Part shown: piece by piece, positions 25,836 to 38,100 of the stretch | How positions within the stretch are numbered: the first letter of the stretch is position 1 | Layout of the letters: every line of letters begins with the position of its first letter | The notes under the pieces: generated by a model | Seen by the model: only the letters and a program-made list of their open reading frames with translations | The model's database searches: none | Told to the model about the DNA's origin: nothing | Position numbers and translations under genes: made by a program | Assembly: GCA_002189035.1 (NCBI GenBank) | Contig: NEEC01000007.1 | Coordinates: forward strand, 1,302,001-1,366,000 | Origin: Utricularia gibba | Lineage: Eukaryota; Plantae; Magnoliophyta | Reading direction: 5' to 3' | DNA: 64,000 nt

Positions 25836-28578
25836 ATGGAGGCTGAAAAACAAGTTAACAAGACTGGTGGTTTCCTACATCTACTTGATTGGCATTCCAA
25901 ATCTCGAAAAAAGTTGTTCTTCAACAGACAAGGTTTGTCTTGTACAGCCATCTTAGAGAAACATCGCTTTCTTGCAAATCTCTAACATGGGTCTTTAATT
26001 CTTTAGAAAGATCAAAAAGGAAAGGATTTGATGGGAGCTCTTCAGTCGCATCTTTTCATATGGTATGCAGTTATGGGTAGCAACATTGGATATCTTTATT
26101 TTGTCACCTTTAAAGGTTAAATCTTTTCCTTTGGTGTCCATAGGTTGATGATGATGTGAGCATAGCTGGATCGAGTATCAGAGATAGCTGTGGCTACAGT
26201 TGTGCTTCTTCAGTTACTGATGAGGATTTTGCTGGAACCAAAGCTCCAAACGTCGTTGCAAGATTGATGGGATTGGATTCAATGCCAAAATGCAATTCTC
26301 TTGAGATCTCAACAACCCCTTGTTCTGAGAAAAGCTCTTGTAACAAAAGCAGGGATCTTAATCGTGATCAGGGCCAATTCTTGTATTGCAGCAGTCATGA
26401 TTTCAACAATGGCGCCGAACCGAAGTTTACGAAGGTGATGGAGAAGTTTAAGACTGAGACTCTGCCTCCCAAGTCAGCAAAAACAATTCCCCTTACTCAG
26501 CATAAGCTGCTGTCTCCTATAAAGAAGAAGAACTTTATCCCAACCAGAGATGCTGATCAAATAATTGAAGCTGCTGCTAGTATGATGAAGCAAATGCGTC
26601 AGGCCAGTTCCAGAACAAACCTGCCTAATGCGAGAACTTCTTCAGCTCCTTTGAAGGTTAAGAGCTTGAAACAAAAGACAGAGGCTTCTTCCCAAAGAAT
26701 GGATAATTCTACTAAAACTGTGAAGAATGTTAAGGGAACATCTGGTTTAGTGGATTCTGGATCATTCTGCCAAGGAAAATCAATTTCACTTGCCCTTCAG
26801 GCAAAGAGCAATGTTCTTAAAAGAGAAAGGCAGAATGTGAACAGTGGGAGTCACTCGACCAGCCAAAATGAGGTGAATAATGGCCAAGCTATGGGGAAGA
26901 AGTCTGGAGTTAAGAAACCTCTGTCACAAAATGGTTCGGGTGCACTTCGGCCAAACAACCAGAAGCAAAATACCATTGTTCATAAACAGAATATGCCTCT
27001 GAACTCCAGCTTCCAAGGTTTAGCAAAAGATGGCACTGCAAGAAAGGATTCTACAGGACGTGCTAGCAGCTTAAAAGTCAATTCCAGCAAGAGAAAATCA
27101 GAGCTAAAGGAAGAAAATAAACAAGAATTGTCATCTAGCACATCGAAAACTGCTAGAAAAAAACAGCTTGTTGATCCAAGTCGCAGTTCTGATGGCAATC
27201 AATCTGCTCAGAGAAAGAGAACAAGCAAAAGTGGGAAAGAAAACATTCAGCTCAACCGTTCAGAGGATGTACAAAATAGCTGTGATGAAGGCAGTGGGAT
27301 GATGGGGGCTGATGTCGTGTCTTTTACATTCTCTACTCCAATGTCACGGTCACGGCCTGGATCCTGGAAGGACGCGGAGAAGGCAGAAACTTGCAGTCCC
27401 ATCCCAGCTGATGGAAAAAATAGAAAGGCATTTCTTGAATCATATGATTCCGGTGCACCAAAGTCCTTGGAACATGATGATATAGGCACCTTACGAGCAA
27501 GTTTCGAGCAAATGCTAAAAGACCTGAATCTCAACTTGGATCTTCCCCAAAGAAATAGAGAGAAGATAGCAAAATTGAGGGATCCTTTTTTGACTGAGGT
27601 AGGGGATAAAAGAACAGAAGTAAAATGTATGGATCATTTTCAGAGGCAACTAGTTCCTGGGCATGGTTTGCAATGCTATCAAAGCACCAGTTTACACCCC
27701 AGTTCTCAGGTACCATACATTTTCTATCTTAACTTGGTAGACTTGCACTTCACCTTTAAATAATTTGTCTTCAGTCTATCTCGATTAGTATTTTGAGGTT
27801 GTTCCTATGATCCATGCTGTAGGTGGAAACACCTTTTGTGCATGAACAAGACGGAAAGACATGTGATTACCAGCTCCCAACTCCAGTTTCTGTCCTTGAA
27901 TTTTCCTCCGAAACTGAGAGATGCGATTCCCCACACACAGTTGACAACAGTAGCACAGAAGGTAAGTCAGCATGAATACTTATCACAGCAAAACAAGCAC
28001 AGCATTCAGTTAACATTTAACAAATGGCAGATTCAGCTTCCTCAGCTTGCCCTGGTACCTCGAACAAGCAGGATACTACCACCACAAATAGCTGGGAGTT
28101 AGACTATGTTAAGGAGATCCTCCGTGACATAGAACCCATGTTTAAGGACTACGCCCTGGGAAGGAGCTGTGAGGTGCTAAACCCACATCTTTTTTACCAA
28201 ATAGAGTGCCAGAGACTGTGCTCAAATGCAGGAGAACTTATTTCAAGAATCACCCGACGCCTCTGGTTCGACTGCACAAGCGAATGCACAGGTTTAAGGT
28301 GCAAACAACATGTCGTAGGAGGATGGCAGTTGTGGGACAAGGGACTCAAAGTGGTTCACAAAAATGATGAACTTGCTGAAGACATATACCACGAGATCTC
28401 AGGCTGGGGTGCCATGGGAGACGCCGAGGTCGACGAACTGGTCCACAGAGACATGAGCAGCAAACATGGGAGCTGGCTCAACCATTACCCTGATAAGCAT
28501 GACCTTGGGATCCAGATCGAATCCTCCATCCTTGACTCTCTCATACAAGAAGAGGTTGCAAATATTTTTTTCCTTTAA
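25836..28578 (+). CDS. TON1-recruiting motif (TRM)/LONGIFOLIA-like protein, VARLMGL + DUF4378
   Basis: Exons 25836-25932, about 26007-26062, about 26144-27708, about 27823-27961, about 28030-28578. FLHLLDWH..SRKKLF, APNVVARLMGLD, PTPVSVLE and WELDYVKEIL..LWFDC motifs. Confidence 0.88.
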
Positions 28579-29432
28579 TCAGACATGGGGGGTACCCCAA
28601 CCTGACCTTCACTTGTTTATTGCATTTTCTTTTCTTTTTTTTATTTCCTCATTTAAAAATATTTATTCGGGTTCTTTTATTTTAATATTGATTTATTTTA
28701 AGAAAAATAGGGTTGAACATGGGCCTCCAGGTATTGGGCCACTGCAGAACGCATGGCTCAGGTAGCATTTGTTGTTGAGCCTCCTTTTACGGAGTTGCGG
28801 TCCATCTTAAATTGGGCTGCTGCTTCTACACTATGTAATTCATTTTATAGAAAAATCCAATCCAAAAAAAGGTGTAATAAACTTAAATGAATCACACATC
28901 GATTATGCACGTAATCGAAATAGTATATATAGAAAAATTTTCTCTAATCTTACATGATATATTTTATCCAAAAAAATAAAATATAAAAACATAATAATTA
29001 GATATTCGAAATGAACAATATCATATAATACTTTTGAATCAATTGTCATTCATCCTATTCCAAAAATTTTCGACATGCTATATACAAAATGATCTTTATC
29101 ATCATTTTGATTTTCAATGAAGTTGTAATATTTTTGAAACAATCATTATTCTTTCGATTTAAAATAATTCAATATACTATAAACGAGATAACAGATGTTA
29201 ATTGATATTTTCTAATTTTTGATTAACTATATTCGTATTCACTAATTGTAATAACAAGTGATAAATCAGGTAAGAAAAAAAAATCTTCATTTGGTTGCCA
29301 TAGAAACAAATAGATTCATATCACACAAATGCACAGCTTCACAATCGCATGCCCATGCAACTTATTCACCTGGTTTTCAAACATGACGTGGTAACACACA
29401 GTCACTACTGATAAATTGATAGGATTTGATCT

Positions 29433-30345
29433 TCACGGCCAGTTGCAGACCATGGCGAGTTGATTGCTCCACAGCTCTTGGTCGTAGCCGGTAGTGGCGC
29501 CGAGCTGTTGGTTACCCACGTCGAGGTAACACTCGAATTGGGTGAAATCTTCAGGCTCCCAAGCGGAGAAGTTACCATTGCGGGTACTGTTGTTTTCACC
29601 ATTCTGTTCCAGTTGCATGAAAAGAGTGTCCTGGTCGAACTGCTGCTCCACAGACCAGCAGCAATCAGCACATGCGAATGAATCGGTGTTGTTTGTTGCT
29701 GCTGTTGTTGCATTCCCAAACTGCATCTCTTGCTTCATGTCACTGACGTGAAAGCTGGATTTCGAGATGGAGCTGGAGTTTGGCCGGAATCGATACACCT
29801 TTCGACTGAGGTGGGAGTTCCAGTAGTTCTTGATGTCATTGTCTGTTCTCCAGGGCAAGTGCTTGGCGATCAAAGACCACCTGACGAAGAAAACCTCACG
29901 AATGTTGTATACATTTGTGGAGTGGAGGAAGATGAATGCAACCACTCACTTGGTTCCCAATATCTTATGCAACTCGATGATGAGTTCTTCTTCATCCTGA
30001 GTGAAGTTTCCTCTCTTCACATCTGATCTCAAGTAGTTGATCCATCTCAGTCTGCAGCTCTTTCCGCACCTCAGCAAACCTGAACGCGTTTTTTTCACTG
30101 GTTCGAATGCAAAAAAACTAAAAGAAGCATTCTTGCAAAGGATGGTGTGTTTGGACTAGTTTCATTTTCTTCTTTAATTCCTGGAACTGGAAACCTATGA
30201 AACGAATGATACCTGCATTCTTGGGCAAGAGTCTCCAGCCACCTTCACCATGCTCCTTGATGTAATTTATCAGCCTTTCATCTTCTTCGACGCTCCATTT
30301 CCCTCTTTTTAAACCTGTTTTTTCGCAGCACGGTTTCCTCCCCAT
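29433..30345 (-). CDS. R2R3-MYB transcription factor, probably subgroup 7 (MYB12/MYB111-like)
   Basis: Canonical 133/130-nt exons 30345-30213 and 30079-29950, then 29880-29433. [36 protein letters not shown]. The subgroup call rests on NSHLSRK only. Confidence 0.92.
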
Positions 30346-32135
30346 CTACAATGCACAAACAAAAGCTATGGAGCAACTGAGCGCTTGTTGGACTTGGTTC
30401 AGCAGCAGAGATATAAAGGAGACACGGGAGGGAATTTCACATAAATGACTAACAAACGAATCTCTCTTCTCACTCATGTGTGAAAAATGAGTTTTTAGTA
30501 TATTGTTTGCCTTTATTCCCCTCTGTTGCCACCTGATGTGTTCGGGGTGTTAGTTGAATAGATCCAGTGTGGATTTAGGGTTTCTGATAGGCTTTCAAAT
30601 CATTCAATCCAAAGCATGCAGTTGGAATCCGATTCATGAAGTGAAGAACCCCACTGAAACATCATGCATTGAAGTAAGAACCCTACTGTTTTCCTTCATC
30701 TGTCACATATCTCTTCAGTTTCTTTATCAGTTCTCTTATCCCTCAGCACACAGCAGGGAGTGCATTCCATTTCTCTCATAACTCCTCTCTGTGAAACTCA
30801 AATCTTCAGCCTCTGTGTTGATGTATGGAATCACGTCTTTAGAGTCATTGAAGAAGAAGAGGGTTCCGTGGTTATGAAATGCAGGGTGCAATAGATGCAT
30901 TCTTGGGGTACCAAGGGAGCCCCCATGGCACGTGATGATGTTCAGGTCGTATCTGTTGGAGCAGTTAAGTTTTTTGTCTGTGGGGAACTGTAGTGATTTC
31001 CATTCAGCTACCCTATCCGTGCAATTTTCATAAACCAGCACGAGTTTCAAGGTGAACACAAACATGCTACTATTCTTCTTTGTGGAAGGATCAAGAACCC
31101 CTCCTTTTGATGCCCAAAGCATTCACCAGAAAAGAATGAGTGAGGTAAGTGACATTTGAAGCACAAGGACGCTAACAACTGTGATGACTCTAGAAAATCT
31201 GCTGTCATTGATATTGTATGCCGAGGCTTCTGATTTTCATCCTCCCTTCTTTCTGGGAAAAAAGACAGAAGATTGGTAAGGTGTGTGTCTGAGGATAGTC
31301 GCATTCTGTTGCAGAAACATGGATGCAGCAATTTATGCTCTTGTTCCATGACTAAACTGGTGCACACTTCGAGATAAATGTTGAATCCAACCACTTGATA
31401 CATCATAAGGGAAAGTGACTAAGTCGTTATTTACATCCTCTTACCAAATCCCATGTGTCTTGCCTCACCAATGGACCGAGCTTTTAAGAGGTAACTACCA
31501 GTCTAGGAGGGTGGTCCTGGCTCCTAGAGCGTCCCCATGGGAGCTCAGGTTTGGTGCTGCAATAAATTGAGCAATTGTAGGAGAAGGGTGAAACAGAGCA
31601 ACTGGGAAACGAAAGAGAGCTGTGTGTGTTTCCCTTTCCAGCTGCAGAGAGATACACAGAACACGAATAGAATGTTTAAATTGGTGACACTATCATGCCA
31701 TCGCGGTACCATCATCCCCACAAGTATCATTATCACGATCCCTCGCAAATAGCATCACAACATTTCAATGCAGCACCACAGATTTATTTATTACTGCACA
31801 TCCCAAGTTCTAAGAGGTGGACCTGTCTGTGAATCCTCGTTGATGGAAGAAAGCAGGGGGATTCCAAGATCTCCATCGTTAAGAATAGTCATAGGGAAAG
31901 CTAAAAAACACTGGAGAGTGCTGCATTGTGTACAAGGAATAAGAATGTTCGTTTTACATTGATTCTGTACCTTCAAGTTCATGGCCAACTTCCAATGGAT
32001 TCCTCAAGGGAGCTTCTGCTGCTACTCTGTTCATTAAATCAGGACTATCTACAAGGAAAGAAAATAAAAAGCTAATGGACAGGTACACTTCCCAGTGAAG
32101 CTAATCTTTTTCTCTACAAAAATTTGTATCTCCAG

Positions 32136-35100
32136 TTATAGGGACGATAGTGTCTTCGCAAACCAATCAGACAAGCGCTTCATCTTCATGGTTTGTTCGG
32201 CATTTTTTCCAAAGTATGATTTTGCATTGGACAGCAAGACTTCAACATCATGCTTCACAGCATCTACCCGTCTGTAGTAGTTGTTCTCCAATCTTGCCTT
32301 GATAACCTCGAGCGATATCGGAACAGGGAACCTGCGAACGAATAATCAGCCTTGCAGAGCATTAAAAATAAAAAAAACATCCACAGGCAGAAGAAACAGA
32401 ATGGCATGCCTGTTGATGAAATTGGTTTTCTGTGTGATATCGTTCAGTTTGCCAACCCCATAATGATCCTGCATGAAGAACCAAAGCTCATACAGCTGAT
32501 TTTTGTGGTCAGATTTTATCACGAAAAATGAGGCAAGAGTCACTCTACCCGGTGTTTCCCAGCGGATTGTTCAAGCTTCGCTATCGCAGACAGGAGTATG
32601 TCTCTGGCATCATCGTCAATGTGAGGCTGATCCCATCCAGTAGCATGCGTATCATAAAGTTCCCAGGGACTGTGGTGATGCGTTTCTGTGGGTCACTTTT
32701 ATATTTCACAGCATACCTTTCCCATGGACTGTCTGGGAACTCTGCAGACTTTGGCTCATTCACATGCATAATTCGACCTTCCCACCAATTACCATTCTCT
32801 TCGCCTTCATTCCTCCACCAAACTGTACATTTGTCACGAGCAGTCCAGTTTCTTGCGATGGATGCATCATACCTGCTTTTTTCAACAAGGAAATCCGGGA
32901 AACAAGTGACTTCCGGAAGAGTCAACGTGAAAAGTTTGCCAAGAGCAAGGGAAGCAGGATCTATGAACTTCAAGGTCATTTTGCAGCAGCTATCGCCAGA
33001 TCCTGCATGGTTCGAATACTCCAGGCGTTCTAAACGACAAAATTCAACAGCTCTGATCCCATGAATAGTTTCCCAAGGACCCGAATTCCTAGCTCTCATG
33101 TGTGTCAAGTACCCTTGATGACCCTGGATCAGAAAGAAGCCAGCAAAATAAGTACTAATCTCCACATATACACATCCATACAAAATGTTAACATGTAGAT
33201 TAATATCCTGAAACGAAGAACATGAAAAGATTGAGTTCACTCAGGGTCAGTTATCATCTTGTTCCAGTATTTTAGGGGGCTGTCACTATAGCCGAGGATT
33301 TTCCATTAGCATGAACTTTTTCATAAAAAAATTGACAAGAAAACTCATGTACTCACCTCTCTCAAGTACACTACTTCATCACCATATTGAGGAATATATC
33401 TTGATCCTTCCTCATGGGCAGATAGCATCAACCAAGAAGTTTTTACTGTTTGGGTTGATTCCCTTGGTGTAGTACCAACATGTCGAATATAGTTAGTGCC
33501 CTTTTTGCTTCTAGTTGATCTTGATCGTGTAGAATTCTTGGAACCTGATTCCCAATCTTCGAGATTTTCACCCTTAATACGACAAGTCATGCCTCGATCT
33601 AATGAAGGAACTTCAGGAGGTGTACATGTGAAGTTTCTACCTACGTTGCTCAGATCATGGGTACTTGATCTGATTCTAATAGACCTGGCCCTACGAATAG
33701 CCTCTAGAGGGATCTCATCTTCTTTGCCAACGTCACTTTTGACAGTTTTAGAAGTGCTTGCTTCCATAGAACTACCGCCAACTTCAGGGTTATATCTTTT
33801 TGAACGTCTGGATCGTGAATAAAAGGCTGTAAACATCCTTTCATTTGTATCAGAAGTATCAGAATCCTCCATATTGAACATCGGCAAACCTCCATTAACT
33901 TGATCCAATGACTTGGGCGAACCATTACTGCAATTGTCTTCTGTGTAAATATCTCTGACATTACAAGAATTCCGCAAAGATAATTTCTCCATATCAAGCT
34001 TTTCGCATTCGACAATACCTCCAGAAGTGTTATCAGTCAGATTCTGCAAATTCGGGCTACCAGAACTGTCTTGATCTTTTGAAAGATTTATGGGCTTTAT
34101 CCGTAACTTTTTTCGAACTTCTGTACCACTTTCTTTCTCCTTAGTATCAGAAATAGAAAGTGGGACCTCATTAGAGTCACTATGAACTTGTTTTGAGGAT
34201 TCATCAACATCAGCATCGGCATCACTCTTGCTCCATGATCCCATGCCTTTGTCCATTTCTTCTGCTCTCTCTGATTGTGCAGGCAGCAAGTTGCCAGATG
34301 ACTCTTCTTTGATAGTGATTTCCTCCAAATCTGCTTCCATTTTCGGGATTCCTGGCTGAACCGGAAACTGTGTACCATCGTGATTTCCAATGGCTGTTTG
34401 GCCATTAACTACATTTTCTGTCCGTGGATTCTGCTCAACAGCTACACTTGGTCCGGGTACCACAGCAGCTGGTATTTGTTCTCCCATCTTGAACTTCTTA
34501 GAACTTCGAGCCTTGACCCCACCCCATGTGCTCGAACCATCCTTAGACCCTCCCAGAAAGACTAAATGACGCCCTAGAAGCGTAGGGTGCTCCAAGTTGT
34601 TCCTTTCCTTGACGTCACCATCATTTTTCCCATATTCCAGATTATCTGAAGTCCTATCTGATCCACTTAATTTCTGAGCTACTCCATTTGAAGGCCCCGC
34701 CACAGAATATCCGTTGTCATCATGGCAAGAACCTGATATTTTCCTGCTCAAATCACGGTTTGGCAGTTTCAAAATTAATCTTGTCTTGCTTGGAGTATAT
34801 GAAGGAGGTCTGGGAAATTCATCATTCTGTTCCAAGAGCAGAGAGCAATCATGGAGCCTTTCTTTGCCTTTGGAGTTCTCATAACATTCCTCCTGCAAAG
34901 ATGCATCTGATTCTTCACAAGAAAAGCTCGAGTCTGGAAGTGTTGATCCACTTTCAAAAGAATTGGCATCATAGGCGTCTAAATCTTCATTTGTAGAAGT
35001 CCCTGTAATTCGAGAAAACAAATGGAGTGCATTTCTAGCAGCAGCTCTCCTGGGTCTTGACTTTGATGGGGATTTTTTCCTTGAAGCTTTCCGACCATTT

Positions 35101-38100
35101 TGCAATTTTCTTCGGTTTTTCCTAATTAGACTGTCATGGACACCATCCACATTCTTCCTTTTGACACGCCTTCCAGAAGATGTCATGATTTCCACCTGGT
35201 TCATTGCATAAAATCAAATCAATATTGTATGTGCATACATGCATCAAATATAATCACGGCAGGGAAAGAAGTGCATGTAATTAATTACCTCTACCTTCTG
35301 CTTCCCTCTCTTTGATCTACGATGACCATCTCTATGAGACTCTTCAACCTCAACATCCTCTGAGCTGCATTCTGGCTCACCCAAATCAGAATTTAAACTA
35401 ACTTGATCTCCTCCAGAGGAGTAATCTTCTGTTAAATGATACTCAGAATCATTATCATCATTATACATATCAACATCAGGCTCCCAATCCACCACATCCA
35501 CAAATTCAGGCATTGGATTGATAAGTGTATCTAGGTCCACTATCGGAAGCATTTGGTATTCTGGATCCAGACTAAAATCTACTCCAACAGCCAGCCTCAG
35601 AGATGAAGGACGCCATTCAAATCCTAGGGTTCCAAGTCGCCGTTTCTGATACAGCGTTTGATATGGTTCCGGGTAGGGTATCATCCCTAGAAATTGCAAT
35701 AACCAAAGATCATCATGGCTGAAAAACTGAATCAGGAAAAAGAGAAATTTCCTATCTTTTTCCATTCATTTCAACAAACATGGAACAAAGAATACCAGAA
35801 TCACACAGAAGATCCTGCATGTTTCTTTGATGAGGAGCAAGCTGTGTTTCCTGTACCCATTTCACATCAATATCTTAAATAAAATATAATCCTCCAGAAT
35901 GCTTTCATGCATTATTCAGGGCATGCAAGTCACTGAACTCGCACAACATTGATAATAGCGTGAAGAGAGAGAGAGAGAGAGTGAGAGTGAGGAGAAGAAA
36001 AATTTCAACCTGATCAAGAACGTTTCCATGTGTATCATGAATAAGTGGGCGATAGTCCCCTAAAAAGAACTGTAGATCAGAAATTATATCAGCAAATGAA
36101 CAAGAGAACCAGCTGGCCCTGCTGTTGTAGGCAGGTGATGATTAATTCTGCCAATACGAGGAAAAGTGGGGTACCTGATCAAACTTAGCATCCTTCTGGG
36201 ATTCACCTTGTCCAGTATTTATTATGTATAGTTGGCCAACATCATCAGAAAGAATAATGGATGTCCCATCCCTAAATTTCAATAGTGAAAAAAATATGTT
36301 GCAGTTACAATTCAATTGCCTTTTTACAAACAAATTTTATCTTACAAACCATTTCTAAGTAATTTAGTTCTTATTAACGAACGTCCATAATGGCATATCG
36401 CTAGCTTGATATTCATCATTTAGAAAGAGAGTAAAATAGAAAAGGTAGAATACAAACAAAGGGTTGGGAATTAGAACATCGTATGCGCATCTGCAAGACA
36501 AAAATTCTACAAGTTTTCCACCCAGTTCAATTTCTATAAATGTGGCCCATTTCTTTAGTTTGTGACTAACTTGCAGAAAGTAGCAATTAAACTGATAGAG
36601 AAACATGAAAGAAACAACTTCCTCAGAAGAAAAGAACTCACGGAGAAAACTTGCCATCAACAAGCTTGAACGGACCAATTTCATATGTACTAATTGGTGC
36701 ACCTTCCCATATCTTCAAGACACAGGATGAAAAAACTAAATCAGATAAACTGTGCAATGTAGTGATCTATTACCAGTTATGAATGAAAGTGGAACTCACA
36801 TCCCAAACAATCGTTTTTCCATCATATCCTGCACTCATTGCAATTCGAGGGTTGAAAGGATGCACATCCAGGACATACGTCTAGATGAACACCATCACCA
36901 ATGGGTCAAAATATACAATAAAATCAGACAAACTGCGAGCTATTAAAAATTAAAGCTACATGTGTATCAACAAAAGCCTATGGCCCAGAATCTTACCGAA
37001 TTAGTATGGCCTGTCAAAGAATGAACTAAGCTACCATCAACAGCATTCCATACACATATCCGGCAATCTGCAGAAAAAAATGAAGCATGAACAAGTGTGC
37101 AGAAACTTACAACAAATTCCAAGGATACGATTAAAATTGAAATGAAGCAACCTATTCCCTTGCATGCTGGCTATACATGGAAGAAAAAAACAGAAAAAGA
37201 CTTCGGAAAAAGTCTCAAAATAATATTCATGAGGGATAATGCATGCTGGGAAAAAGGTTAACAGGATCAGAAGGGGTCTACAAGGAAAGTGCAAATAATT
37301 TCAACAGGCAGGAAATTTTCAGATCGATAACAGTTCTACATGTTTGATTGAATAGATATAATACACTAAAGAGAATTTCCAGGGATGAATTTCAATTGCT
37401 AAAACTTAAACGAAACACATTCTTCTTTGGCACAGAGGCTAAGTACGCCAGATAAAAAGTCAAGACGCCTCTTCACTCAAACTTTCTAAATAAAATTCAC
37501 TAGAAGTAGAATGCATTACAGTAAAAAGGTAAAAGGAAACAGACAGGGGGTCCCACCAAAAGCTTAAATAATTTCAACAGGAAGCTAGATGAATCTGCTC
37601 AAGAAACAAAACCTCACAAATGATGAAATGCTAAATTAGAAATATCCAGTGAAACGAAGTATATATGAGGAGCCTACCCATAATAGCAGCAAGAACAAAA
37701 CGGTTGTCCAGGCTCCATGCAATCATATTTACACCACGAGAGGTGGGAACGACCCTCTGGCGTGGCCCACCTCTAGGAGGTTGAGGTGGCATTGGAGGTG
37801 GTGGAACTTTCAAGTGATAGGCACGAATCCATCGTCCAGCTTTTCCCTATAAAAATGCAACTCCAAGACAAAAGTTTATTAATCTATCCTGTTAGACGGA
37901 ATAAAATGCATGTCAGGGAAACTAAGGGTTGCACTGCTATGCCCAAATAATAAACAACTCACATGTGATCTACGTGATCTTGGAATCCAAATAATTGCAC
38001 TACCATCACGAGAGCATGTGACTATATTATCATAATTCGACCTGAAATCCAACCAGCGCGCAGGTGACATTTGAAAAGTGCAAATGGATAGACGCTGGCA

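Noticed and set aside
31996-32016. TGGATT..AAGGGAGCT resembling miR159/319
   Set aside because: Interrupted by an insertion, and no complementary star arm was seen.
32528-33064. 178-aa + strand ORF
   Set aside because: Antisense to a BRWD exon.
37122-37132. GTATCCTT on the minus strand in BRWD, like a U12 donor
   Set aside because: It lies inside an intron whose real boundaries are ordinary U2 sites.
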